A DNA stretch of 64,000 nucleotides, from assembly GCA_964538815.1 (NCBI GenBank), contig CAZIHL010000002.1:570-64569 (forward strand). The letters run 5' to 3'. Positions 29,781 through 38,702 of this stretch are shown piece by piece. The position numbers and the translations under genes are program-made. This stretch comes from an uncultured Candidatus Saccharibacteria bacterium (GTDB lineage: Bacteria > Patescibacteriota > Minisyncoccia > Phycocordibacterales > UBA5272). Each line of letters opens with the position of its first letter. The first letter of the stretch is position 1. Below the pieces are notes generated by a model. The model had not been told where the DNA came from. It worked only from the letters and a program-made list of their open reading frames with translations, and did not search any database.

Positions 29781-30782
29781 TCAACATATTTCAGCTAATA
29801 TTTTTGCAAAAAATTTTGGATAAACCGATTCTTCATTTAATAATACACCATCCACACCACCATTTTCTAGTATTTCTTTAATATTTGTATTATCTATTCT
29901 TCCTCCGTATATTATCCTAACTTTTTTAGCATTATCAATTCCAAACATATTAGCGATTGTCCTTCTTATTACTATAATTTTTTCTTGACAATCATCAATA
30001 TCTGTTTTATCTATATTTGTCATACTTTTTACTGTTTCATAACAAATAATCAAATTATTAAATAAATTATAATGAATATTTTTAATTATTTTTTTTATAA
30101 AATCTATAAATGATTCTAAATCTTCTTCTGTATTTTGTAATACTAATACTACAGACATATTATTATTTAAAGAGGTTTTTACTTTTTCTTCTAATATTTG
30201 AAGCTCTTTATTGTATAGTTTTTTCAAAAGAGTTATCTCCTCTTTTGTTTCAATATTTTCCCCTGACTTTTTCTCATTATTTATTTCAGGAACTTTTTTA
30301 CTAATACTATTTAATCTTTGAAGTAAAATATCATTTGCGGTATTTTCTTCTTTCTTTTTTATTTTTTCATTTTTAGATTCTATATTTTCTGGTTCAAGTT
30401 TTGGTATAGTAATTTGGGAGGTTGCATATTCATCATTTAAAATTACAAATTTTGCTCCCACACTTTTGATTTGAGAGAAAGTTATTTGATTATTTTTATT
30501 TGTTTTTTCTATTTCATCAAAATTCTGAGCCCCAACAATAATATTCTTTAAATTTTTATTTGCTTTTATAAAATCTTGGATAGGATAGATAAAAGGAGAT
30601 GGAAGTGATAAGTAAAAAGATAAATCTTTTTTAGCTGGCTTTCTTTTTAAAGCTTTATTCTTAGCTTTTAGAAGAGTTCCATATTCTTTATCTATATTTT
30701 TTAAAATATTCTTAGCTTCTAGTATGTCAGAAACATTCCCTCTCCAGTTAGCAATAATGATAGGTGTTTTACTTTTACTCAT
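29781..30782 (-). CDS. tpiA: Triosephosphate isomerase homolog, divergent: ~90-aa insertion and substitutions at canonical catalytic Lys and His
   Basis: Collinear with TIM: PIIIANWRGN versus GNWKMN; IIVGAQNFD versus GAQNVD; ICYETVKS versus YEPVWAIGTG (Glu kept); RIIYGGRIDNTNIKEIL versus IQYGGSVNASNAAEL; GVDGVLLNEESV versus DIDGALVGGASL. The GHSERR position reads NDEYAT. Adjacent to pgk. Confidence 0.65.
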   Translation of the reverse strand: MSKSKTPIIIANWRGNVSDILEAKNILKNIDKEYGTLLKAKNKALKRKPAKKDLSFYLSLPSPFIYPIQDFIKANKNLKNIIVGAQNFDEIEKTNKNNQITFSQIKSVGAKFVILNDEYATSQITIPKLEPENIESKNEKIKKKEENTANDILLQRLNSISKKVPEINNEKKSGENIETKEEITLLKKLYNKELQILEEKVKTSLNNNMSVVLVLQNTEEDLESFIDFIKKIIKNIHYNLFNNLIICYETVKSMTNIDKTDIDDCQEKIIVIRRTIANMFGIDNAKKVRIIYGGRIDNTNIKEILENGGVDGVLLNEESVYPKFFAKILAEIC

Positions 30783-30824
30783 AAAATCATTTTAACATAG
30801 ATATTTTTGGTAAATGTAAATAAA

Positions 30825-30850
30825 TTGTCCCGCGCCGAAGGCGCGGGACA
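30825..30850 (-). terminator. Terminator hairpin (CCGAAGG-apex family)
   Basis: ttgtcccgcgccgaaggcgcgggacaa, with a U-rich tract on the minus strand. Confidence 0.55.
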
Positions 30851-30905
30851 AAAATAAAACCACTCTTTATTTTTAGAATGGTTTTTGGTTTAAGAATAAA
30901 ATTAA

Positions 30906-31301
30906 TTAAGCAACTTTTTCCCCTACTGACATGATAAAATCATTGTAATCTTTCAAATTGTTCTTAATCTGAATAAAACTTTTTTTGAAATTGGCTGATA
31001 GCTCATCCATACGTCTACGTATTTCTAGCAACACCTCTTCAGGTGTATTAATGGAATCATCTTTGTCAATTGTATATTCAAAGCTTTCAGTAATATTCAA
31101 ATACACAAAACAGTTTTTCCAACCTTTTTCGCCAGTTATTTCATAGAAAAAATTAAAAGCAACTGTTTCTTTCTTATTTTGATAAAAAATAGATGCTATA
31201 GCACTTGTGCTAAGTGGGTTAATATCTATATCGTTTCCACACGGGAAAAGAAAAGGGTCTCTTACGCAAATTTCTTTAATAAAGAAAGTTTTTTGGGTCA
31301 T
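30906..31301 (-). CDS. Hypothetical protein
   Basis: 131-aa ORF followed by a terminator. No motif. Confidence 0.4.
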   Translation of the reverse strand: MTQKTFFIKEICVRDPFLFPCGNDIDINPLSTSAIASIFYQNKKETVAFNFFYEITGEKGWKNCFVYLNITESFEYTIDKDDSINTPEEVLLEIRRRMDELSANFKKSFIQIKNNLKDYNDFIMSVGEKVA

Positions 31302-31652
31302 TTTGTTAAATTTAAAAGGTTTTAAAATAAATATATTTATATATAGAGTTAATTATTTTAGAAAGTTTTAAATTCGTTCTTAATTTTATTGAAAAAGAAC
31401 AAATCATATATCTATATATAGTATAGCATAGTGAGTTTTGTTTGTCAAGGGGTGGAGAGGTGGTTTTGGGGAGGAATTTTAGGGGGCGGCACGAAGCGCC
31501 GGCCCAGTATTTTTAAATTTCTTAAATTTTTGACTTTTTATTTTTTGTGTGATAACATATAAGTATTATTAAGGGTGTTATAAGTGTGGGGCTAGGTCGA
31601 GCGGTTGCTCGATTTTTTCTTTCACTTTTTATTATTTATTATTTTAATTATT

Positions 31653-32960
31653 ATGTTAGATGTAAAAGCATTAAACGTAGCTTTAGACACACTAGAGCAA
31701 GAAAAAAGAGTGCCTCGCGAGAAGATTATTGACGCTGTTGAGAAATCTCTCGCTGCAGCTTACCAAAAAGAATACGGTAAAAAAGGTCAACTTATAAAAT
31801 GTAATATTAATTTTGAAACAGGAGAAACAACTTTTGAGCAAATTAAAATTGTAGTTGATGAGTCTACTGTTCGTATGATTGATGAAGAAGAGGAAGAGAG
31901 AGAAAGATTGGAAAGAGAAGAAAATTCTACTAGCGAAGAAGTTATATTACTTCCAAGATACAATGAAGAAAAGCATATTCTTATTTCAACAGCAAGACTT
32001 TTAAAGAAAAATGCTGAACTGGGAGATGAAATTTCATTTTCACTTGAAAATAAAAATGATTTTGGGCGTATTGCAGCACAAACAGCAAAGCAAGTTATTG
32101 TACAAAAGATTCGTGAAGCAGAAAATGAATCAATAGCTGACGAATTTGAAACAAAAGAAGGAAGTATTGTTTCTGGAGTTGTACAAAGAATTGAAAGAGG
32201 AAATATCTTTGTGGATCTTGGTAGAACTACAGCAGTATTACCTTTTGATGAACAAATTAGAAGTGACAGATTTCATCCAGGACAAAGAATTAAAGCATAC
32301 CTTTACTCGCTTGAAGAAGGAAATAGAGGTCTTTCAATTCGTTTATCTCGCACCCATCCAAAATTTTTAATAGAATTATTTAAAATCGAATCATCGGAAA
32401 TTGCTGAAGGTGTTGTAGAAATTGTATCTGTTGCGCGTGAACCAGGCGGAAGAAGTAAAATCGCGGTAAAAAGTAATGATTCTAGAGTTGATCCAATAGG
32501 GGCATGTGTTGGACAGCGTGGAGTTCGAGTAAATACTATCACTAATGAGCTTGGCGGTGAAAAGATAGATATTATTGAATGGAGTGATGATATTAGAAGA
32601 AATATTGCGTCATCTCTATCTCCTGCAAAAGTTATTGAAATAGAAATTGACGAAGAAGAAAAGAAAGCTAAAGTTAAGGTTTCATCAGAAGAACAATCTC
32701 TCGCTATTGGTCGTGGTGGACAAAATGCGCGTCTCGCAGCAAAGCTTACAGGGTGGAAAATAGATATTGAAAGTGAAGGAGGTTTAATATTAGAAGCAAA
32801 TAATGAAGGGGTGATAGACAGAGATTCTCTAGAAGAGGATCCTCTAACTGAAATAGATACTATAGAAGAAGAAATAAAAGAAGAATTAGAAGAAAATGAA
32901 AATAAGTCAGAAGAAGATGTAAATCATTTAGCAGAAGGACAAAAAATAATAGAAGATTAA
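31653..32960 (+). CDS. nusA: Transcription termination/antitermination factor NusA
   Basis: Start reassigned to MLDVKALN. NusA N-terminal domain ALDTLEQEKRVPREKIIDAVEKSLAAAYQKEYG, S1 domain, and KH repeats GACVGQRGVRVNTITNELGGEKIDII / GRGGQNARLAAKLTGWKIDI. Confidence 0.9.
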   Translation: MLDVKALNVALDTLEQEKRVPREKIIDAVEKSLAAAYQKEYGKKGQLIKCNINFETGETTFEQIKIVVDESTVRMIDEEEEERERLEREENSTSEEVILLPRYNEEKHILISTARLLKKNAELGDEISFSLENKNDFGRIAAQTAKQVIVQKIREAENESIADEFETKEGSIVSGVVQRIERGNIFVDLGRTTAVLPFDEQIRSDRFHPGQRIKAYLYSLEEGNRGLSIRLSRTHPKFLIELFKIESSEIAEGVVEIVSVAREPGGRSKIAVKSNDSRVDPIGACVGQRGVRVNTITNELGGEKIDIIEWSDDIRRNIASSLSPAKVIEIEIDEEEKKAKVKVSSEEQSLAIGRGGQNARLAAKLTGWKIDIESEGGLILEANNEGVIDRDSLEEDPLTEIDTIEEEIKEELEENENKSEEDVNHLAEGQKIIED

Positions 32961-32961
32961 T

Positions 32962-33492
32962 ATGACAAATATCATTTTAAATAAAATAACACCTCTTAAT
33001 TCTAGTAATACTATAAATGTATTTATAGAAATAGAAAAAGGATCTAAAAATAAATATGAGCTTGATAAAGAAACAGGTCTTATAAAATTAGATCGAGTAA
33101 TGTATACAACTCAAACTTATCCATTTGATTATGGATTTGTACCAAATACTCTTTGGAAAGATGGAGACCCTCTCGATGTTGTATTATTAACATCATATCC
33201 AATTCATTCAGGTGTACTTGTAGAAGCAAGACCTATTGCTTATATAGATATGGTTGATAACGGTGAGTCTGATGCTAAAGTTATTGCTGTGCCAGCATTT
33301 GATCCTCGTTTTGATGAAATGCAAGATTTAGAAGACATTAATCAACACACCATAGATGAAATTAATCATTTTTTTGAGACATATAAAATGCTTGAACATA
33401 AAACAGTTCAGATTCCAAATATTCACAATAAAGAAGAAACTTTTAAAATTATAAAAGAATCAATAGAATTATTTAAAAAAAATAATTATTAA
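32962..33492 (+). CDS. ppa: Inorganic pyrophosphatase (family I)
   Basis: YPFDYGFVPNTLWKDGDPLDVVLL and DAKVIAV motifs. Confidence 0.9.
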   Translation: MTNIILNKITPLNSSNTINVFIEIEKGSKNKYELDKETGLIKLDRVMYTTQTYPFDYGFVPNTLWKDGDPLDVVLLTSYPIHSGVLVEARPIAYIDMVDNGESDAKVIAVPAFDPRFDEMQDLEDINQHTIDEINHFFETYKMLEHKTVQIPNIHNKEETFKIIKESIELFKKNNY

Positions 33493-33503
33493 AAACAGAA
33501 AAT

Positions 33504-34658
33504 ATGAAAGCAGAATTTGAAAAAATAGATAACGGTGAAATGAAAGCAAGTGTTTCATTAGATAAGAATGAATTTGAAAAATATAGAACAAATGGACTTA
33601 AAAAAGTTCAAGAATTTGTCCAAATTGATGGGTTTAGAAAGGGTAATGCTCCAGAAAATTTGATAGTACAAAAATATGGCGAAATGATTATTTTAGAAGA
33701 GATGGCACATTTAGCAATTAATGAAACTTATTACACCTCTATTATTAAAGAAAATGAGAATAGAAAAGAAAATGAAAAAATAGTACCAATAGGAGAACCA
33801 AAAATCAATATTACAAAAATAGGACAAGGTTCAGAGTTTGAATATAATGCTATTTTTCCTGTAATGCCAGAAATTAAACTTGCAAATTATAAGAAAATTT
33901 CTAAAGAAGTAGTTGATAATGTAGAAAAAGAAGCTGTAGAAGAATTAAGAAAAGATAATGACAAGGCTAATAAAGAAGATCTTTTAAATGTAAGCGACCA
34001 AGAAGTAATGGATGTTTTGGTAAGTCTCCAAAAAGGAAGGAATGCTGGAGCTCACGTACACGAAGACGGTACAGTTCACGCTGAAAGTGATGATGAAGAT
34101 ACTGCAAAAGTGAAGATAGAAACTAAAGAAGATTTACCACCTATTGATGATGCTTTTGCACAAAGTTTTGGAGAACATTTTAAAACCCTCGATGATTTAA
34201 AAAATAAAGTAAAAGAAAATCTAATCCTTGAGAAAAAAGCAAAATTAATAGAGAAAAAAAGAACATCTATTTTAGAAAAGCTTGTATCTGAAACTAAAAT
34301 AACCATTCCAGAAGCTTTGATTAAAGATGAACTTGAAAGAATGAAAGCTCAGATGAAAGCAGATGTAGAAAGATTTGGTTCTAAATGGGAAGAATATCTA
34401 GAACATCTTAAAAAGACGGAAGAAGAATTAAAAGAAGAATGGAAAGATGTAGCAAACAAAAGAGTTTCTTCACAATTGATTGTAAATGAGATTGCAAAAG
34501 AAGAAAAAGTTAAACCTACAAAAGAAGAAATCGATGTTGAAGCTATAAAAATTCTTTCTCAGATGCCAGAAGCAAATGAAAATCATGTAAATAATTATGT
34601 GGAACAAGTTCTTACAAATGAAAAGGTAATGAGAATTTTAGATGGAGAAGATAAATAA
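33504..34658 (+). CDS. tig: Trigger factor (ribosome-associated chaperone), short form
   Basis: N-terminal ribosome-binding domain with the GFRKGNAP signature (VQIDGFRKGNAPENLIVQKYG). Confidence 0.75.
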   Translation: MKAEFEKIDNGEMKASVSLDKNEFEKYRTNGLKKVQEFVQIDGFRKGNAPENLIVQKYGEMIILEEMAHLAINETYYTSIIKENENRKENEKIVPIGEPKINITKIGQGSEFEYNAIFPVMPEIKLANYKKISKEVVDNVEKEAVEELRKDNDKANKEDLLNVSDQEVMDVLVSLQKGRNAGAHVHEDGTVHAESDDEDTAKVKIETKEDLPPIDDAFAQSFGEHFKTLDDLKNKVKENLILEKKAKLIEKKRTSILEKLVSETKITIPEALIKDELERMKAQMKADVERFGSKWEEYLEHLKKTEEELKEEWKDVANKRVSSQLIVNEIAKEEKVKPTKEEIDVEAIKILSQMPEANENHVNNYVEQVLTNEKVMRILDGEDK

Positions 34659-34668
34659 TAAAATAAAT

Positions 34669-34700
34669 ATAAGCGGTGCCGAAGGCACCGCTTATATTTA
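34669..34700. terminator. Bidirectional terminator (CCGAAGG-apex family)
   Basis: ataagcggtgccgaaggcaccgcttat followed by a T-tract. Confidence 0.6.
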
Positions 34701-34702
34701 TT

Positions 34703-35218
34703 TTATATAATTACTTTTGTTTTTCTAAATTGTACCACTCTTTTTTTACTTACAGGTTTTTTTGCTGTACCAGCATTTGTTAATGCAGTTTTTATAGCAG
34801 TTATTTCTTTTTTATGATATTTGTTACAAATTTCACATTTACAATTATCAGAGTGTCCCAATTTTTCAAGTTTTTGAGCTGCCTCATTACTTAACATTTT
34901 TCCACCTTTCCAAAATATATAATTTAAAGTTTCTATAGATTTTGTTTTTAATAAATCATTTTTTATATTTGTAAAAAACATATCTTTTGATAATTCACCT
35001 TTTCCTTGTTTATAAATTAGTATTTTTTTATTTAAATCATTAGTATTTTGATAAGCTTTAGAAAGTAATGCTATCTTTTTTATTTCATTTTTTTCCAGTT
35101 TAGCTTTTTCAAAAAGTAAATCAAATTTATCATCTTGTTTTTTTTCTATAGTTTTTTTAACTATTTTTTCAGCTGACTTTGGTAATTTATGTATTCCATA
35201 AAGAAAATGTTCTTTCAT
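34703..35218 (-). CDS. Hypothetical protein with C-terminal Cys cluster
   Basis: 171 aa with SDNCKCEICNKYH near the C-terminus. Confidence 0.4.
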   Translation of the reverse strand: MKEHFLYGIHKLPKSAEKIVKKTIEKKQDDKFDLLFEKAKLEKNEIKKIALLSKAYQNTNDLNKKILIYKQGKGELSKDMFFTNIKNDLLKTKSIETLNYIFWKGGKMLSNEAAQKLEKLGHSDNCKCEICNKYHKKEITAIKTALTNAGTAKKPVSKKRVVQFRKTKVII

Positions 35219-35274
35219 ATATTTATTTTATATATAAAAATTATAGCATAAAGTTTTTTAAAATATTTAAAAAA

Positions 35275-35997
35275 TTATTTTTCAATAAATTTAAATGCAG
35301 ATACTATAGCTGATGTTTCCGCCCTAAGTATATTTTTCCCAAAAGATGCTATTTTTAAATTATATTTTTTAAATAATTCTCTTTCTTCTTGTGTCCATCC
35401 ACCTTCTGGCCCAATAAAAATATATAATTTATTAGTATTGTTATTTATTTCTCTATTTTCTTTTTCAATAATATCTAAAACTATAACTTTTTTAATTTCC
35501 CCTTTCTTTTCAATATCTAGTAAAAATTCCTTTAATTTTTTTTCTTTATTTAATACTGGAACACTTCCCCATCCAGACTGCTCCGTAGCCTCCATTATTA
35601 GCCTCTCAGCCCTTTCTTTATTAAAGCTAGCAATATTCTTCTTTTCCACTCTGTCAGATATTATAGGTGTAAATTCTGACACTCCTATCTCAGTACATTT
35701 TTCTAGAACAAGATCTAGATTATCTTTTTTAAGCAAAGATACACATAAGTTTATTGTCATCTTTTCTTCTTTTTGTAAAAGGTTTATAGCCTTTTCTTTT
35801 AAAGAAAGTTTTACTTCTCTTTTTTTAATATCTTTAATGGTATATACATAGTCAAATTTCTCTTTACCGTTAAAGAGAATTAGATTTTCATCTATTTTAA
35901 ATTTGAGTACATTATTCCATTGATGTAATAATTGTTTTTCTTTTATTAAAACTTCTTCACCAAGAGGATTGTTTAAAAAGAATCTGTGTATCTTCAT
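35275..35997 (-). CDS. rsmE: 16S rRNA (uracil1498-N3)-methyltransferase RsmE
   Basis: Start reassigned to MKIHRFF. C-terminal FIGPEGGWTQEERELF...KNILRAETSAIVS matches the RsmE signature. Confidence 0.8.
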   Translation of the reverse strand: MKIHRFFLNNPLGEEVLIKEKQLLHQWNNVLKFKIDENLILFNGKEKFDYVYTIKDIKKREVKLSLKEKAINLLQKEEKMTINLCVSLLKKDNLDLVLEKCTEIGVSEFTPIISDRVEKKNIASFNKERAERLIMEATEQSGWGSVPVLNKEKKLKEFLLDIEKKGEIKKVIVLDIIEKENREINNNTNKLYIFIGPEGGWTQEERELFKKYNLKIASFGKNILRAETSAIVSAFKFIEK

Positions 35998-36059
35998 AAA
36001 AGTATGAATTAAAAATAATTTACAAGAAACAATACGACATTGCAAATATTTAAAAAGAC

Positions 36060-36440
36060 AATATTTTTCAATGTCATTTTATGATAAAAAATTTATAAAG
36101 GACATAAAATAAAAGAGACATAAAGGACAAATTATAAAAATAATTTATAAAGGACAGTTATCCACAATCATTTATTAAAAACATATTGCAAATATTTTTA
36201 TGTCCTTTATAATAAGTACAGGGTGAGCAGCTTAGGATAAAAGCACTACCCGGCTTACGGGAAAAATATAAATAATATCCTCGCAAGCTGGTCTCACTAA
36301 ATAGTTCATTACAATAGCAACGCATTAGTTGCAAATAATAAATAATAGCCCAAAAACTTATATATTTGTCCTTTATAAAATTTAAAAGGACAGACTCGTC
36401 TTTTAAAAATATTATTAAAGATTTAAAAGGCATATTATTA
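36060..36440. repeat. Cluster of TTATAAAGGACA motifs (at least 5 copies, both orientations) plus a perfect DnaA box TTATCCACA (about 36148)
   Basis: tataaaggacataaaat, gacataaaggacaaat, tataaaggacagttatccacaatc, tatgtcctttataat, tttgtcctttataaaatttaaaaggacag. Modules are shared with the repeats at 43440-43640, 53671-53790 and 54397-54512. Confidence 0.6.
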
Positions 36441-36479
36441 ACTTGTGAAAGTTAATAAAAATTTATCTCAAATACCAGA

Positions 36480-36716
36480 GAGATAAACTATAAGGACGAC
36501 ACCTTTAAAACAGTCAAAATTATTTTTCGTGTCCAGTGATCTGCATATGAGGGAATGTAGCTCGCTGGACATGAGACAACCCCTCTAAAATTCCCCAATC
36601 TCATGTTCAGGTCAGGTAGAGCCTTTGCTCCCGCTGATAATATTATGGGGAGTTTTTTATTTCTAAAATTTAATAAAGAAATATAAAAAACGCTTGTAAA
36701 ACAAGCGTTTTTGTTT
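36480..36716 (+). ncRNA. Candidate structured small RNA of unknown identity, bounded by two T-tract hairpins
   Basis: Inverted repeats gtccag...ctggac and catgaga...tctcatg; ctcccgctgataatattatggggag followed by tttttt (about 36657); and aacgcttgtaaaacaagcgtttttgttttt (36688-36716). Relatively GC-rich in an AT-rich spacer with no ORF. Confidence 0.3.
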
Positions 36717-36730
36717 TTGGTGGTTATTTT

Positions 36731-37369
36731 TTAATGTGTGGAAGCATATTTTGAGACTTTTTTTGGATCAGGATCTCTGAAAATAAATCTTTCAAGATTC
36801 TTCCTAACACTTTCTGCAACTTTTTCTGACATACTTGCATCTAAATTCATATTCAAAGCTAAATGTTCATAAATGATTTTAGCAAGCTCAGAGCATTTTT
36901 CTTGGTCTAACGCTTCATAAAATTCTTCTTCTTGAGATTTTATACTCATTTCAAGATAAATTTTCATGTTTTTGTGCTCTACACCTATTTTTTTATAAGC
37001 TTTTTTAATTTTAATATATTCATTAATTAATGAATATATTAAATAAGGAAGACAGAAAAATGTAAAAAAACTAAAAGAAATATAAAAAATCTCTCTTTTT
37101 GTTTCAATTAATTCATAATATGAAAAATAAGAAGCAAAAGAAGAGATGATCAATAATATTAAATAAAATTTAAAAGAAATAAATATTGTTTCTCTTCTTT
37201 TTTTTAGACTTTTTAGTATCTCTGATTTCTTAATATAAGAAGTCTCGGAGAGCCTACTCGTTAAAATTTCGTCTTTAGAGTTTTTTATTAAACTCAAATA
37301 AGTATCTTTTTCCATTTTTTTATTTTTTTTGTTGGTTAAAGAATTAAATTTGCTTATAAAAGAATACAA
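36731..37369 (-). CDS. Hypothetical membrane protein (2-3 TM)
   Basis: Hydrophobic segments ILLIISSFASYFSYY and FFTFFCLPYLIYSLI. Confidence 0.45.
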   Translation of the reverse strand: MYSFISKFNSLTNKKNKKMEKDTYLSLIKNSKDEILTSRLSETSYIKKSEILKSLKKRRETIFISFKFYLILLIISSFASYFSYYELIETKREIFYISFSFFTFFCLPYLIYSLINEYIKIKKAYKKIGVEHKNMKIYLEMSIKSQEEEFYEALDQEKCSELAKIIYEHLALNMNLDASMSEKVAESVRKNLERFIFRDPDPKKVSKYASTH

Positions 37370-37554
37370 AAAGATGAGATTTTTGTCAAGTTGTGTTTTT
37401 TATTAAAATAGTCTTATAATATAAGGGTATTCTTAGAATTCGTTTTTAAAATCAAAAAATGAATTAAAAGAATGTGCACATATTAATAATAATTTTAAAA
37501 TATTCCTAGGAAAATATTTTAAATTTTAAAAACAATTTTAAATTAAATAAAAAT

Positions 37555-37827
37555 ATGAATAAAGTAGCACTCGCAGAAGAAATAAATAAAGTATTAAACA
37601 CCTCAAAAGCAGAAGCTGAAAGAGTGGTAGAAGCTTTATTTGATTCTATAGCACACGCTCTTAAAAAAGGAGAAGAAGTATCAGTGGCTGGATTTGGTAA
37701 GTTTTCTGTAAAAATGAGAAAGGCTCGCGAAGCGAGAAATCCAAAGACTGGTGAGACTGTTAAAGTTCCAGCATCAAAAGCTGTGAAGTTTTCAGTTGCT
37801 AAAGCCCTTAAAGAGTCTGTAAAGTAA
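37555..37827 (+). CDS. hup: DNA-binding protein HU
   Basis: GFGKFSVKMRKAREARNPKTGETVKVPASKAVKFSVAKALKE is the HU/IHF arm signature. Confidence 0.9.
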   Translation: MNKVALAEEINKVLNTSKAEAERVVEALFDSIAHALKKGEEVSVAGFGKFSVKMRKAREARNPKTGETVKVPASKAVKFSVAKALKESVK

Positions 37828-37848
37828 TCTTACTTTGGTTTTTAAATA

Positions 37849-37886
37849 AAATGCCCCACGCCGAAGGCGTGGGGCATTTTATTTTT
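37849..37886 (+). terminator. Rho-independent terminator after hup (CCGAAGG-apex family)
   Basis: aaatgccccacgccgaaggcgtggggcattttattttt. Confidence 0.7.
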
Positions 37887-38050
37887 CATGTGAAATTTTC
37901 ATATAAAACACAAAATTCTCTTTTAATTATTATATTTATTATTTCTCCCCTTTGTGATATAGTATCAAAATACTGAAAGATCGAATTACTGTAAATGGTT
38001 GATATGATAAAAATCCTTTATTAAATTTTATTTTTGAAACTTAAAACAAT

Positions 38051-38635
38051 ATGTTAATACCGACTGTATTAGAAAAAACCCAAAATGGTGAAAGAGCTTA
38101 TGATATTTATTCTCGTCTATTAAAAGAAAGAATTATATTTCTTCATGATCAAGTAAATCATCAAACAGCCTCTATAGTAATTGCACAATTACTATTTTTA
38201 GAAGCAGAAGATCCAAAAAAAGATATTACTATGTATATAAATTCTCCAGGCGGAGAAATTCAATCAGGGCTTGCTATTATTGACGCTATAAATCATCTTA
38301 AATGCGATGTTTCTACAATTTGTACAGGTATGGCGGCTTCAATGGGTGCAATGATACTTTCACAAGGAACAAAAGGCAAAAGATTTGCTCTTCCAAATTC
38401 TGAAGTTATGATTCATCAGCCTTTATCAGGAATTGAAGGACAGGCTTCTGATATTGAAATCACAGCAAAACATATTTTAAAATTAAAAGAAAAGCTTTAT
38501 AAAATGCTTTCAGAATCTACAGGTAAATCTTTTGAGCAGGTTCAAAAAGATGGTGACAGAGATTTCTGGATGGATGCAAATGAAGCAAAAAAATACGGTA
38601 TTATCGATGAAGTTTTAAAACCTAAGAAAAAATAA
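38051..38635 (+). CDS. clpP: ATP-dependent Clp protease proteolytic subunit
   Basis: Catalytic Ser motif [12 protein letters not shown], His MIHQP, and an overall ClpP architecture. Confidence 0.9.
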   Translation: MLIPTVLEKTQNGERAYDIYSRLLKERIIFLHDQVNHQTASIVIAQLLFLEAEDPKKDITMYINSPGGEIQSGLAIIDAINHLKCDVSTICTGMAASMGAMILSQGTKGKRFALPNSEVMIHQPLSGIEGQASDIEITAKHILKLKEKLYKMLSESTGKSFEQVQKDGDRDFWMDANEAKKYGIIDEVLKPKKK

Positions 38636-38655
38636 ATAAGTAATTGTTTATTTAA

Positions 38656-38690
38656 GTGCTCGGGCTGCACCGAAGGTGCAGCCCGAGCAC
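38656..38690 (+). terminator. GC-rich hairpin (CCGAAGG-apex family) between clpP and rny; weak T-tract
   Basis: gtgctcgggctgcaccgaaggtgcagcccgagcac. Confidence 0.4.
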
Positions 38691-38702
38691 AAATCTAAAT
38701 TT

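Noticed and set aside
36158-36433. 91-aa minus-strand ORF in the rsmE upstream spacer
   Set aside because: It spans the TTATAAAGGACA repeat cluster and hairpins. It has Cys/Tyr-rich odd composition, no RBS context and no motif. It is more likely non-coding.
36590-36640. Possible SRP (4.5S) RNA based on an exact CAGGUCAGGU match
   Set aside because: The obligatory GGAAGCAGC/GNAR tetraloop partner of domain IV is absent on either strand, so the match is probably chance.
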